A stretch of 63,888 nucleotides of DNA, filler included, from Squatina squatina (GCA_031763465.1; 4 parts of 3 records of this genome joined end to end with filler, not necessarily neighbours in it); one strand, 5' to 3'; counted from the whole stretch's first letter, positions 40,194-54,149 are shown. Notes: a model not told the origin generated them from the sequence alone. Translations and numbers: made by a program.

Positions 40194-40871
40194 NNNNNNN
40201 NNNNNNNNNNNNNNNNNNNNNNNNNNNNNNNNNNNNNNNNNNNNNNNNNNNNNNNNNNNNNNNNNNNNNNNNNNNNNNNNNNNNNNNNNNNNNTGGCTAT
40301 AAAGGGATTAAGTCACTTAAGCGTACAATGGTTAACTGCTAGAATAGAATTAGAAGCTCTTGCATCTGGTCACGCCTCAGATGCCTATAATCAGCAGTGG
40401 TTCCCCCAAAAGATGTGGAGGCCTCTGCCAGTGGTATTTCAAAATAATCACACTACCACACTGTGGTTGAAACAGTTTATTCACATTGATATAAAAAGTA
40501 AACTGTTCATACTGTTGCGTTTATAGTTTCCTGCCAAGGTATCTGATCAGAATCAGCATCTGTCATTGCCCTGTGGGAACAGGACTTGGCTGCAATGAAG
40601 CAAGGATGCACAGTGGTTAGCACCTTCAAATCTGCTTGTGGAATATCCCTCAACCTTTATTTTTGCAGGATTCATGAATAATACTTTGAAAATATATACG
40701 TTACTATTACTTGAAAGTATGTTCTGCATAGGATATTGGATATATATTTAAAAAAAGAAAAAAAGTGCATGGTTCTGCGGAAAGAGAAAGGGAGTGGGAC
40801 TAATTGGATAGCTCTTTGAGAGAGCCAGCACGGGCACGATGGGCCGAATGGCTGCTTCCTGTGCTGTATGA

Positions 40872-41126
<255 letters not shown>

Positions 41127-41688
41127 TGATATTAAACATCATCAGAGAAGATTGCACTGGGTATTTGGACCTGATGCTCAATTGGTTGCTTAAAACAGGA
41201 TTAACTGGTGTTTTATTACTTTTCCAGTTACCATTCATTATGGCATTTTATTTCTTGGTCCCAAAAACTTCTGACTCAGAGGCGAGAATGCTACCACTGA
41301 GCCAGAGCTGACACCTAACTGAAGAAAGGTACATGAGAGGAACACCATATGTCATCAGAAACTTCACTGATAATATTTTGGCCTCAATTTTTCTCTGGGG
41401 TGCAGGGGATCCCAGCAGCGGACAACGAACCTGGCAAAGCTGGGGATGTGGAGGCCCTGCTGATCTTAACAGGGTATCATTTAAATTCATCTCTGCCGTG
41501 TCCAGCCTGACACCTGGCCAGATTGACTACCTGAACACCAGGCGGGAATGGGCATCTGGTGGAAGGCTGTAGCTGGGAACCCATGTGAACGGTCCCTGAC
41601 ATTCAGCTGGGGGAGGGTGGGGAGAAGTCTCTTGGCAGGATCGGGACGGGGAAGAATTAACTTCGCAGGGATTGGGAGGGATGAAGTC

Positions 41689-41791
41689 GCTGGGCAGCAA
41701 TCGGGAGAAGTGAATTTGCCGGGCAGCGATCGGGAGAAGTGAATGCGCCGGGCAGCGATCGGGAGATGTGAATTTGCCGGGCAGCGATCGG
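41689..41791. repeat. 29-bp tandem repeat, 3.5 copies, truncated by gap
   Basis: GCCGGGCAGCGATCGGGAGAAGTGAATTT units starting at 41689, 41718, 41747 and 41776. Confidence 0.9.
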
Positions 41792-42040
41792 NNNNNNNNN
41801 NNNNNNNNNNNNNNNNNNNNNNNNNNNNNNNNNNNNNNNNNNNNNNNNNNNNNNNNNNNNNNNNNNNNNNNNNNNNNNNNNNNNNNNNNNNCTCATACCT
41901 TCGTAGTTTGCTTTGTTTAGATTTAAGACTCTAATTTCGGATTTAACAAAATCACTTTCAAACTTAATAGAAGCACAGGCTCGATGGGCCAAGTGGCCTC
42001 CTTCTGTACTGTAAGTTTCTGTAATTTTATGACTCTCTGA

Positions 42041-42328
<288 letters not shown>

Positions 42329-43013
42329 TAGGTTGCCCTTTGTCCCATTATTACTGCCTAATTAAAATGTTACTTTGCTTACAATAATTTAACAATTGTG
42401 CTTATTTAAATCGTAAAATGTGTTGGTGATTTGATAACAGATTACAGCACATGCTCAAATCGAAGGATGTGAAGTCACTGACATATTTTTGATTTGATTG
42501 AACAAGACATCAAGCAATACACAACATAAATCAGCAATCAGTTAATGACGCTTGAACAGAATCTCATTCATGATTATCTGCAACTCTGCCTCTGAAAGAA
42601 ACTGGATCAGAAACATTTTAGCTATTGAACCCATGATCTTCAAGAGCTTATGAACTGGAAAGAGTTCGAAGGGGAGATGTAAGCTGACACATTGGATGAT
42701 ATATAGTTTCCTATCTATGCTTCTTAGTCAATTATTTTGATTGTTAAAATGCTCTGATTTTACTCCCGCACACAGCCATAAGTGATTTGCAATCCAGCCA
42801 GTCATATTTCTTCAGACAGCTGGATTAGTTCTGCTTGAATCAGAAAGGGTTCTGCATTAATAGGAAAATGCAAGGGCCTTCAAAGGAAGACAATTTTATT
42901 TGCATTTTTTCCCNNNNNNNNNNNNNNNNNNNNNNNNNNNNNNNNNNNNNNNNNNNNNNNNNNNNNNNNNNNNNNNNNNNNNNNNNNNNNNNNNNNNNNN
43001 NNNNNNNNNNNNN

Positions 43014-44530
43014 GTCCCCTCTCTCCATCATACCTCTCATTGCCCACCCGCACTTCTCTGCTAGCAAGGAGCTGGAGAGCAATTTGCTGCACATCAGTGG
43101 GGCTGTGAACAGTCAGGCCTAGGTTTCTATCCATCCTAGATAAGATGACATTCAGAGTGTTCAAGCTGTTGTTCACAGCAAGCAAGCATTCATTTGAATG
43201 CCACGTTAGATGCTCCATGCAGCTGGCCACGCTTTCCACATCATTGCCATCACCTGCGACATCATGCTAGTCATGCTAGAGATGGACTCCTCCATTCTCC
43301 ACACAAGCAAGTACACCGCAGCTGGAAATCCAGCCAGAGCCTCTCTCATTTTCTGTTGCTCCTTCAGAGCTTTGTCGATGGCCCCCGAGATTCAGCATCT
43401 TCTTCAACCAGCTGAGCACTGCTTGGAGTATCCTGTGCCCTCCGACGAGGACTCTCCACTGCTGTCCCTATCTCCACCATCTGCTCCTGGTCACATGTGA
43501 TGTGTGAGACACCATGTTCCAACACTACTTTCTGATGTAGTGGACCCACCAGCGTGTGTGTATCTGTGCTGGAGCTTGGTGTGCATGGGTCCTGTGATGG
43601 TACACCCTCAGAGTCTGCGACCTCCTGTGAGGAGTCCTCATCCTCCTTTGGTTGGAGACTGGGGTAGGGGGGGCAACACTAGATGGATGTGTGGGAGAGT
43701 AAAGACATGAAGTAGAACTGTTATGATAAGGATGTTTAAGTTACGATTATGCACATGATCATACTTCTCTGGCTGCTGACATCAAGTCAGCATAAGTGAC
43801 TGTTGTATGCCATGTGGCTGTATGATATTTAATTCTGTCACCAGGTAGCTGGGAGTTCCATATCTCCATCTCCCACCACCATCAACTCCACTACTCTGCT
43901 GGTCTCCAGCGCCTTCTCCCCTGCTGCAGTCAGTGTTGTTATGACTGGAGGGCCACCTCTGGTTCTCCGCCTCTCCCTGGTGTTCTGGGCTCTCTTCTCC
44001 TGCAGAGACAGAAACAAGAGACCTTTGAGTGAGACTGATGGAATGAGTGGAAGAGATGGATGGGCAATACCTGTAGAGGGTGACTATGAGGGAGACAAGT
44101 GACATTGCATTAAGATGATGGTAAGTGTCAGTTGTGGATGATCAGATGAGGATGTTAAGTCCATAGACAGAGGGTTGGGTGCACCTGCAAGGTAGGTTGG
44201 TGTGAGGAGTGATGTGCAGGTTTAGGCTTGGGAAGGCAGAGTGAGGGGTCTGGAGTTACACGCACATTGGGATGTATTTGAATGGTATTGTGCTCACCTT
44301 TCAGAACCTCGTGAGGTCATTAAATCTCCTCCTGCACTGTATCCAGGACCTTGCCACCATATTCCTGCTGCTCACTTCTGCCACCATCTCCAGCCATGCT
44401 TTCTTGGTGTCTGCAGCTGGCCTCTTCCTCCAGTCCACAGGGAATAGTGGGCCCTGTGGGCCGATTCTTTTGAGCAGGTGTCCGAGGAAGGCATCACTAA
44501 ATCTAGGGGCAGCTTTTGGGCACTGAGCTG
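43014..44530 (-). mobile_element. Harbinger DNA transposon remnant with spliced Myb/SANT-like gene
   Basis: APRFSDAFL...KKAWLEMVAEVSSRNMVARSWIQCRRRFNDLTR then TGA and AAG|gtgagc (44298); next exon tgcag|EKRAQNTRERRRTRGGPP (starts 43999); downstream coiled-coil-like remnant. Confidence 0.8.
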
Positions 44531-44564
44531 GTATTTTTATTTCAGCAGCAAAGCAAATCTCTGT

Positions 44565-44637
44565 ACAAACAAAGAAATCCTTCTTCAGACAAACCACATC
44601 ACCTACTTGGAGTTCTTTCCATTTTGCAATGGTGAAG
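44565..44637 (-). pseudogene. Orphan ATP8B1-like P4-ATPase (flippase) exon lacking its normal splice donor
   Basis: Strong acceptor ttttttcttatttcttttatag; FTIAKWKELQVGDVVCLKKDFFVC versus recalled ATP8B1 [24 protein letters not shown] (16/24 identical, same phase-2 start). Confidence 0.75.
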
Positions 44638-45891
44638 CTATAAAAGAAATAAGAAAAAAAATCTAAGGCTGCCAGTTGATATAATTTATTTGAGGGATAG
44701 CTAATGCTTTGGGCCAGATTCACATCGCACATTCTGATCACTGCAATTTGTAAATACTAAAGTAATAGCTTGTCATGCCATATGGTTGTCTGTATTTTAG
44801 AAATGTTGTTTCCTCCACTATATCAAACAGGATAATATTGAGGGTGAGGAACCGTAGACAAACGCATTATGCAGCATAAAGCAAGTTATTTTCACAGGTC
44901 TAAATGTTAAGGATATTGGGAAAAGTGCTCTCAAATGTTAAACTTTGCTGTTTTGAACCTAAGTACTTACATTAAAAACCTCTGCCATTTAGGCATGTGG
45001 GCAAGTTTGGGGAACTTGGTTCAGCATAACAGTTTCATCAATTGGGGTATCTGGGCAGGCCAAACTAGGCCAGGCCTCAGAGGGTAATATAAGACCATTT
45101 GACCATGAAAACATGCACATCTCCAACTTCCTGTTTCTTCCACCGATGAACTGAATTTTTCTGAGTTTTACTTTTATTGACAAGTTGGAAGAAAATCACA
45201 CAGAATCCACTATAGTTCCTCCAAAATGTTACTGAGAAGTCACTGTTGTCTATGTGTTTGTTCCCGTGTCTTTTAAAAAAGAAGCTTGAAGCAAGTAACT
45301 TCAAATGTTAAATTGGGTTTCCTTTCTCTTGACAGGCCTCTAACTTTGTGAACTGTATGAAAAGTATTGTATGTTGATGTGACTGTAATCTGTTAAAGTA
45401 ATCAATGCTTGTACCGTTTCAGAGGAAGGGGCAGTGGTAACCATTTCCCGTCCTTTTTGGCTAATAGAGCGTTCTGTAATGTTAATGGACAGTTCCATTG
45501 CCAGCAGAAATTCGAATATTGGATTCATCCACTACCAAAGAGCAATATAAATCAGAAAATAAAACNNNNNNNNNNATTGCTGTGTCTGTCCTGGCATTTC
45601 TCCTGATGTTGCTGAATACACAAACACATATACAGTAAAACAAGGCAATAAAAGTAGAGATCAGACATGAAACTCTGGGTTCACTCAAGAATATGAGACT
45701 GAAATTGGTGTAATTGTCTTTGTCGGAATCTTGCGTAGCAGAAAATACGGCGATAATATATATGATGATGAATTAACATTGTGTCTTTCTTTCAACATAA
45801 TGTATTTTACATTACATGATTAATAACTGGCCTTCATGTGGTGACTATAAAAAGAACAATAGATGGAAGGGATAAGGAAGCTTGCTGGTAA

Positions 45892-46071
<180 letters not shown>

Positions 46072-47908
46072 TAATTCTTCCCATAATTGTTAATAATTCA
46101 TAATCATGTGCAATAAACTTTTGTTTACTGTAGCTTAAATTAATGCAGAGGCAGTCAGGATAATGAAATCTTGCAATAATATTTTTCATTTACAGTCTTC
46201 TGGTGTACTGTAAACCTGAGCATTAAATGATCTGGTTTGATATTTCTCAGTTAAAAGGGATTATAATTGTTAAATACTTTAATACCTTTGTTTGTTTAAT
46301 TTATTTGCAGGGGAAAAGTTATATTTGGACAGTGCTCCAATGCATCTTAACATGTGGTGGCGGAAAATCTCAACGCAGTGGGCGTGAAATTGCAGCCCCT
46401 ACTGGTGCGTACGAAGTAGGCGCACGCCCGTAGGGACCCCGCAGGTTCCGGGTTTAGGCANNNNNNNNNNNNNNNNNNNNNNNNNNNNNNNNNNNNNNNN
46501 NNNNNNNNNNNNNNNNNNNNNNNNNNNNNNNNNNNNNNNNNNNNNNNNNNNNNNNNNNNNGACCAATGTCGGCCCCGTGGGTGAGTTGTCAAATGCAAAC
46601 GCTTCATCTGAAAATCATTCTTAAGTGACTCTGAGCAAGCCACTGATTACCTGAATTGGGTGCCCTGCCACTGCCTGTTGGGTCTGCTCAGCGCTGACAG
46701 ACCCGACATTGGGAAAGGCATGTGGTGGCGGTTTCACAGCAGGGTCCTGACGCGCTGTGAAAAAAATCACTTTCCCACCCAATCCGCCACCAATCGCATC
46801 TGCTGACCCCCCGCAAAATTCTGGCCAATGTTACAGAGGTGGTCTGGAACCTGATTGATGCCCACTGACATGCTTTTGACATCTGATTGGTTCTTGGTTC
46901 CTTGATTAGATTGGGTGATTAGTCAGTGGCCTTTGTGACCTGATTGGCTAAAGTTCTCGGATTTGAGTGTTTGAAGGGAAATATTCTGTTTTTTCTGATC
47001 TAGTTGTTTGAAATGAAGAAACTCTTTGATGGTACATTTGTACACATGTGCATTTTAATGTTACAGATAGACAATGCATTACGGTTTACCTCGTGGAAGG
47101 CATAAACGTCACATCATATTACTGTGATATCACATACATACTTACGCATTTAGAAGTAATTCATAGATTTTGCCAACAACAATTTATTTTGAAAGCACCA
47201 TTTCAACTTGCTTGTGCAAATCCTGTCGAGAAGATGCACTTATTCATGCATAGCTTATTAAAATAAACCAAGTTGCATTAAGAGAAAACAGTAAAACACA
47301 GCAAAACCCCATGCTTCTTTTTCCTCTAAATTTTGCTTCGGAGGCTGAAGCATCCCCATCTTTTCTCCCCTTCCTGGGTGTGTACTTTTCACCCAACAAC
47401 CCTGACAGAGAGTATAGGCAAGCAGCCTGCTCCTATCAGTGGTCCCTAGCACAACAACATGATTGCACTTTGTAACACATGGGTTATATAGTCTGGTGTC
47501 ACTCAGTGATGTTTTATTTTGTATGACGCTGCTCCTCATACATTATAAACTCTTCCTTCCCCGGTGAGCTACTTCAAGCTGTCAATGTTTGCGTCACTTC
47601 CTCTGTAAGTTTGACTTGTTTACCTAACTGTATTCATTGTATGGATCAGATTTCCAGATAGATTACCAGAAGTAAGAATACCAGAATCATCTGAGGACCA
47701 TTTAGATGCTACAATTGGGAGATGTTAGGATCTCTTTGGATGGTTGAATTAAGATGAGTCAAATAGCCTTCCTTAACTGTAAATATCTTGCTTCACACAT
47801 TTGCCAGTGTTAGATGGAGACAAATCCATTGCTCTCTTTACATATTTACATTTATTTCCATGAAAAATACATACAATAGGTCATTTTATTTATTTACATT
47901 TTTCTTAG

Positions 47909-48136
<228 letters not shown>

Positions 48137-48339
48137 TGAGCCCTCACTAAGTTGCAGTCTGATCCCCTCAAATTGAGGTTCTGTCGGCATGACAAGTGTG
48201 GCCAATAAACATGCCGAAAAGTTCAGTTTTAACACGGATGGATAAATGACTGGCAAAGTGCACCATGGTAACTAATTACAAAGCTTGCCTGCCCGAATTC
48301 TATTTTTAGACAAGTTTTTTCTGTCTCATTTGAAATGCA

Positions 48340-48439
48340 NNNNNNNNNNNNNNNNNNNNNNNNNNNNNNNNNNNNNNNNNNNNTTAATTAATTAANNNNN
48401 NNNNNNNNNNNNNNNNNNNNNNNNNNNNNNNNNNNNNNN
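48340..48439. other. Artificial scaffold-join spacer
   Basis: 44 N + TTAATTAATTAA (48384-48395) + 44 N. Confidence 0.97.
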
Positions 48440-49629
48440 ACACCCAATTGTAGCAAAGGTCTAATACATTCAAACAAAGTGTTAGTATTTTCAATCAACA
48501 TATTAAAGAACTACTCAACACAGTATAATGTTACTTATGGGCAGATCATATAATAGCAACTTATGAACAACTAGTTAGAGTATTTGCAGAGCTGTTTCAG
48601 CTTTGACATCTGATAACATAACTGTTCTATGCATAAACAATATATACACTTTGTTTCAAATTGCCTTTACTTTTCAAAAGTACATACTGTATTTTTACCC
48701 CAATCAATTAATAAATGTTCACGTCATCAAATTTTTAGTTCACAACACTGTTCAAAGCATTGCAATTGCAGTTGTAATTTTTGTAAAATAGTTTTGAATA
48801 ATTCTGAAAGATGTAACTGTGTGTGGTTTGAAATGTTGATGTGCTGCAAATTACATACTCAGAAACTCCAGCATTAAGTGGTCACAGCAGTATATATAAT
48901 TACACTGTGTAAATCTGTACACGTAATATGTTTTGTATGTTGCATTACAATGTGTTTACAACCAATTAAGTAAAAGAATGCACACATTTGCATCACGTGG
49001 TAGTAATGTAAATTACTGGCGACGATTGTATTTAATAAGTTCTTTGTGCTGTTGATGTAAGAGTATGGTGCACAAGCAATTTTTTTCTTTAATGAAAAAT
49101 TTACATAATGTTGAGAAAAAATTACCATTCTGCTAAGGTCTTGTGCCCATGTGTTTTGTGTGTGTTAAACAAGAATAAAGCACTACATGAATTGATTGTT
49201 TTTTGCACGAGAAATGTTATTATACTGTGGTTATCAGATTTTTCACAACACAATGCTGTTCAAGTTATTTCAAATACTTGCACAGCAAGTATTAAATATC
49301 CTGCTACCAAATACACAAGACCTTTATATGCCTGATAGGATTTCTTCATAACTGTGTGTGAAGATACAATAAGATTAAGGAGTTTTTTTTGTAAAATATA
49401 CTATTTCTTATTTAAAGAAATGTGTTTATAAACAGCAATACAAAATGGGGTGATTACCAGACTTGCTAAATCTTACAAAGATTTTGTGTGCATAACAATA
49501 AATTTTCACAAATTTTAATACTCTGATTATCCTATGCCGAGGTAGGATGCTTAAATCATCTAGGTATATACTACAATAACCTATCTTCCATTTCTTAAGG
49601 ATATTAAATATTGCAGTTGAAATTACTTT

Positions 49630-50068
49630 TAGAATGATAGAATGATAGAGCACAGAAGGAGGCCTTTCAGCCCTTCATGTCTGTGACAGCCCTTTGGTAG
49701 AGCTATTCAACTAGTCCCACTCCCCGACTTCTTCCCTGTAGCCCTGCAACTTTTTTTCCCTTCAACTATTTATTCAATTCCATTTTAAAATTTTGTGTTG
49801 AAACTGCCTCCACCACCCTTTCAGGCAGTGCAGTCCATATCATGACAACTCACTATGCAAAAAAATGGTTCCTCATGTCACCTCTAGTTCTTTTTGCCAA
49901 TCACCTTAAATCTGTGTCTTCTGGTTATCAACTCATCTGCCACTGGAAACAGTTTCTCCTTATTTACTCTATCAAAACGCTTTGTGATTTGGAACACCTC
50001 GATCAAATCTCCTCTCAACCTTCTCTGCTCCAAGGAGAACAACCCCAGCTTCTCCAGTCTATCCACGG
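49630..50068 (-). mobile_element. CR1 LINE 3' end
   Basis: DRLEKLGLFSLEQRRLRGDLIEVFQITKRFDRVNKEKLFP plus the tail. Confidence 0.92.
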
Positions 50069-50206
50069 NNNNNNNNNNNNNNNNNNNNNNNNNNNNNNNN
50101 NNNNNNNNNNNNNNNNNNNNNNNNNNNNNNNNNNNNNNNNNNNNNNNNNNNNNNNNNNNNNNNNNNNNCTATAAACTGGTTCTGTATCACATTAATTTAT
50201 TTTTTG

Positions 50207-50297
50207 AACACGTCCTACTGATGTTCTGTCATATTAACACGTCCTACTGATGTTCTGTCATATTAACACGTCCTACTGATGTTCTGTCATATTAACA
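50207..50297. repeat. Perfect 29-bp tandem triplication
   Basis: AACACGTCCTACTGATGTTCTGTCATATT at 50207, 50236 and 50265. Confidence 0.95.
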
Positions 50298-50860
50298 GAT
50301 TTGCCCAGTTTACTGTGGACAGTCTATGTCTCATTGTGTTGAAGTCAGCCTTAATAGCTGTTTTACATTTCTCCCTTTCAAACACAACATTGAACTTGAT
50401 CATATTATAATCGCTATTAGATAAATGTTCACACACCATTAGGCTATTAACTAAATCTGGCTCATTACTCATTATTCAATCTGATATTGCCTGCCTCCTT
50501 GTGGTTCTAGAACATATTGTTGTAGAATACTATCCTGAGTACACTCAAGAAATGTGTTACCTTTCTGACATGACCTTGACTACTTATCCTAATCTATATG
50601 AAAGTTAAAATCTCTCATTTAAACCACTCTGCCTTCATTACAAGCTTGTCTAATCTCTGCATTTATATATTCTGCCAATTCAAATTCTAACAAGGGCCCT
50701 CTACACAACTCCCACTACCATCTGAAATCCTTTTCTATTTCTTATTTCTACCCATTAAAATCTTCACTGCCTGCTTATCTCTTGTTATATTCTTCCTTAT
50801 CATTGAAATCATTTCATCCTCACTCACTAAGGCTACTTCTCCCCCTCTATCAGTTTCCCT
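50290..50860 (-). mobile_element. CR1 LINE endonuclease-region fragment
   Basis: NEPDLVNSLMVCEHLSNSDYNMIKFNV...KADFNTMR resembles the CR1 APE endonuclease C-terminus (SDH motif decayed). Confidence 0.75.
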
Positions 50861-51861
50861 ATCTTTCACCTTGGCTAAGACTGGAGGCGCGGAACCCTAT
50901 TTGACTGTTCAAGCCTGACTCAGCTTTCTGTTCCTTACCAAAACTGCCGTCTTCTCTCTCTCAGTGCTCACCTCTGCTCCACCTCTCCTCTACTACAACA
51001 AAATCTCTGTGCTTTTAACCCCACGTGGTTTGACTTCTTTAATATTCTCCAAACCTGCCTCCACCCTCTACAAATTAAAACTCATTCAGAATGTGATAGC
51101 TTGTGTCAGGCTGTTATCAGCACTAATCTTAGTCCCTGCATATTCTCTCTGTCCCTGCAAATAAACTTTCAGATATTAAATTGCTTACAAATACTTCCAT
51201 GACCCCTCTTCACCCTCTGCTCTTCAAATATTGGTTACTCCTTGTTACCATTCTGTCGACAGCAGCTTGTTTCAGCAATATGGGGGCCCAATTGGTCTGC
51301 TTTAGACCTATGGTAGCGCCGAACAGTGGCACTACCCTGGCACTAAAACAGCACTAAGGTAAATTTGAGTAATTTCTGGAATTGGGCATGGCGTCCCGGC
51401 AGCGCGAAGGCGTCCTCGCCCGGGATGCCACTGGCACCGGGGTAACACTGGCCCGTGACCCCCTTNNNNNNNNNNNNNNNNNNNNNNNNNNNNNNNNNNN
51501 NNNNNNNNNNNNNNNNNNNNNNNNNNNNNNNNNNNNNNNNNNNNNNNNNNNNNNNNNNNNNNNNNCACAACAACACAACACAAGTGCGATGAGGGAGTCT
51601 CCATGGGGTGGCAGGCTACAACTGTGCCACCTGCCAATCTACTGGCACTGAATGCCTTGTGTTGGTCTCCACGTACCGTGCGACCCACCATACGAGTACT
51701 GCCGAATACTCAATGTGACGAGAGTTTACATCAAGCCAATGTCCAATGTCCGATAATTTCAATCCACAGCTGACGCCTGAAGAACTTACACAGCCGATAA
51801 CTTGTCTTCCCTTTGGTAATGCTCGCAATTCTCACTCGAGCTGTCTCATTCCTTTATTTAG

Positions 51862-52101
51862 CATGGAGAGGTTTGCGCCCAACAAGACCCATTCGTTCCT
51901 GGTGGTCACTGAGGTGGACATTGGAGACCTGTTGCTGATTAAGTTTAAGTGGGAGTCGTCTTTAACCTGGAATTCACTCTGGAAAAGCATGAAGAGTTCC
52001 ATGTCCTGGTACAAGCTGCCACTCTGGACCACCTCAGTCCTTTCCAAATCTGATATCCATGTTCGCAGGATCCGGGTGAAGTCTGGAGAAACACAAAAAA
52101 A
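51862..52101 (+). CDS. LIPG: Endothelial lipase-like (LPL/LIPC/LIPG family) PLAT-domain exon
   Basis: cctttatttag acceptor and AA|gtaagg donor; MERFAPNKTHSFLVVTEVDIGDLLLIKFKWE...HVRRIRVKSGETQK; 240 nt, phase 2 to 2. The family call is secure; LIPG is favoured by RRIRVKSGETQ. Confidence 0.72.
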
Positions 52102-52294
52102 GTAAGGAGGGAGTGACTTGAGCAAAAATATTCTCAAAGCTGATTTGCTGTCCGAGGAAACAACAGCTCAGTTAGATACAAAGAGCAGTTGTCCTTCCTC
52201 TCTTAAGATGGAAACGGTCGATTATAAGGACGTGGCACTGGTGCTCGGGGAAGTACAATGGCTGCTAGACGACTGGCGTTGTCTTGTGTGACAT

Positions 52295-52520
52295 GAATAG
52301 AATTACATAGAATTTACAGCACAGAAACAGGCCATTCGGCCCAACTGGTCCGTGCCGGTGTTTCTGCTCCACACGAGCCTCCTCCCACCCCTCTTCATCT
52401 CACCCCGTCAACATATCCTTCTATTCCTTTCTCCCTCATGTGTTTATCGAGCTTCCCCTTAAATGTATCTCTGCTGTTTGCCTCGACCACACCCTGTGTT
52501 AGCGAGTTCCACGTTCTCCA
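52295..52520 (-). mobile_element. CR1-type 3' tail
   Basis: atagaatttacagcacagaaacaggccattcggcccaactgg...; plus-strand relative at 29690-29790. Confidence 0.7.
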
Positions 52521-54149
52521 AAAGATATCAGAACGCCTTGCACACATTGATTCTGTCTAAGAGTGCTGTGTTTCTGTGCATACTTCATAGTTTGGGTTTG
52601 AAGTTGGCCTTTTAAAAATTTACTCTCTTACTCTCAGTGCATGGTAATATTGAACCAGATCATGTTAATTGTTCCGCACTTTTATCACCTAAGGATATCA
52701 TGACTTCTATTCCTTGCATTTTATCTGGGTCACTTGCCAGTACCAAGTTAAACTAGGTGCTGTCTCTCTTGGCTTCTCTGATGAATTGGGTTATTAATGG
52801 GAGATTTACTTTGAGATGACAAATAGTTAATGATGTGGTAGCTTAAAATAAATTCATCTTAGTGGGTTGTTTGTTTGGAGTTGAGCTTTAATATGGGAAC
52901 AGCAATTATCTTAATAAAATATTGTGAAAAACAGAAAGTGTTGGGAATATACAATGGAACAGTCTATGACCTAAGAGAATGAAATAGGTTAACATTTGGA
53001 TAAAACTCTTCATTAAAGCTTCCTCAAACACTGTCTATAAATAAAGCAAAACAAATCATCCTTAGCCTATAAGTTTGTACACCTGGACAAACATAAGTTT
53101 TCTCCTTTGCGCTCAGACAGTTTATTGTGCTTCCCCTCAGAGAGGAAAATTTGGATAGATATCCAAAGCAAAGATCTGCTGAAATAGAAAGGGAAAGGAA
53201 TGTGAATTCTGCAATCCACCATTGTAGAATGGGTTGAGATTTCATGCAATGAAGGATTTTTACTCACCCATTATTCATTTCTAATCAAGTAAATAGTAAA
53301 ATGTTGCACAAATAAAATTTTGCTTGTGCACAAACAATATAATCTCATTTGGAGAATATGAGAGCAAAACATTTATCAAACAAGTTATAGTTCTGTTGCT
53401 TCAGTCAATATCTTAGATCTTGTATGAGGGACAAGAGACTATGCATAATGTGAAGCTTCTGCAATAACGCCTGATTTTCTGTGCAACATAAATTAATTAT
53501 GCAGTTGAGGGCAATATAAGTAAGATATTGCTTTGGCAGAATTAATTCAGGGGACATTATTATATATCTGAGACCATTGTTGCAACCTCCAGGCATTTAC
53601 TTTTGCAATATTTTCTGGCCAATTGCTGTTATTATTCATGTAACCTTGAGCTACATTTGTGAATTGCACCAAAAACAATAAAAATATATTTCAAGGATAG
53701 GTCGCATATCGTTTATATGTTAATGTTACTGCACATTGTTATGTTCTGTTCTGCTGAGGAAACTGAACTTGCTTGAAATTTGCTTTCACTACAGCAGACA
53801 TCTGCTGCCTAAAGAGCTTTCAGCCAGTTGCTATGAGCACATCACTAAGTGAAAGTGATTTATGTAGCAACATCAGAGGGCAAGTCCTGCATGGGTGACA
53901 TCATTGGAGAGCAGTGTTTCTTCTGCTTCTCATTTATTCCAAACAACTGTCCTCTGGAAAAGAACTAACTAATGTTTGTGAAAAGGTAATTAGTTATATG
54001 ACTGCAAAGAAAGGCACATGTGAAATTCTTGCCTAAGGAGGGTATTAGATATATAATAGCAAAACAGTTTACTACCTACAAAGGAAGCATGAGCAGATTA
54101 ACACTTGCTGTTCTTAAGTGGGCAAAATCAAACAATTCTTTTTATTTTA

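Noticed and set aside
45110-45151. Second P-ATPase-like motif VHRWKKQEVGDV on the minus strand near the orphan exon
   Set aside because: No acceptor tract, and similarity is limited to a short stretch that could be chance; worth including in the blast check only
45680-45720. YETE tetrapeptide as the missing CNKSR2 DCTVYETENK exon
   Set aside because: Flanking residues and splice sites do not match
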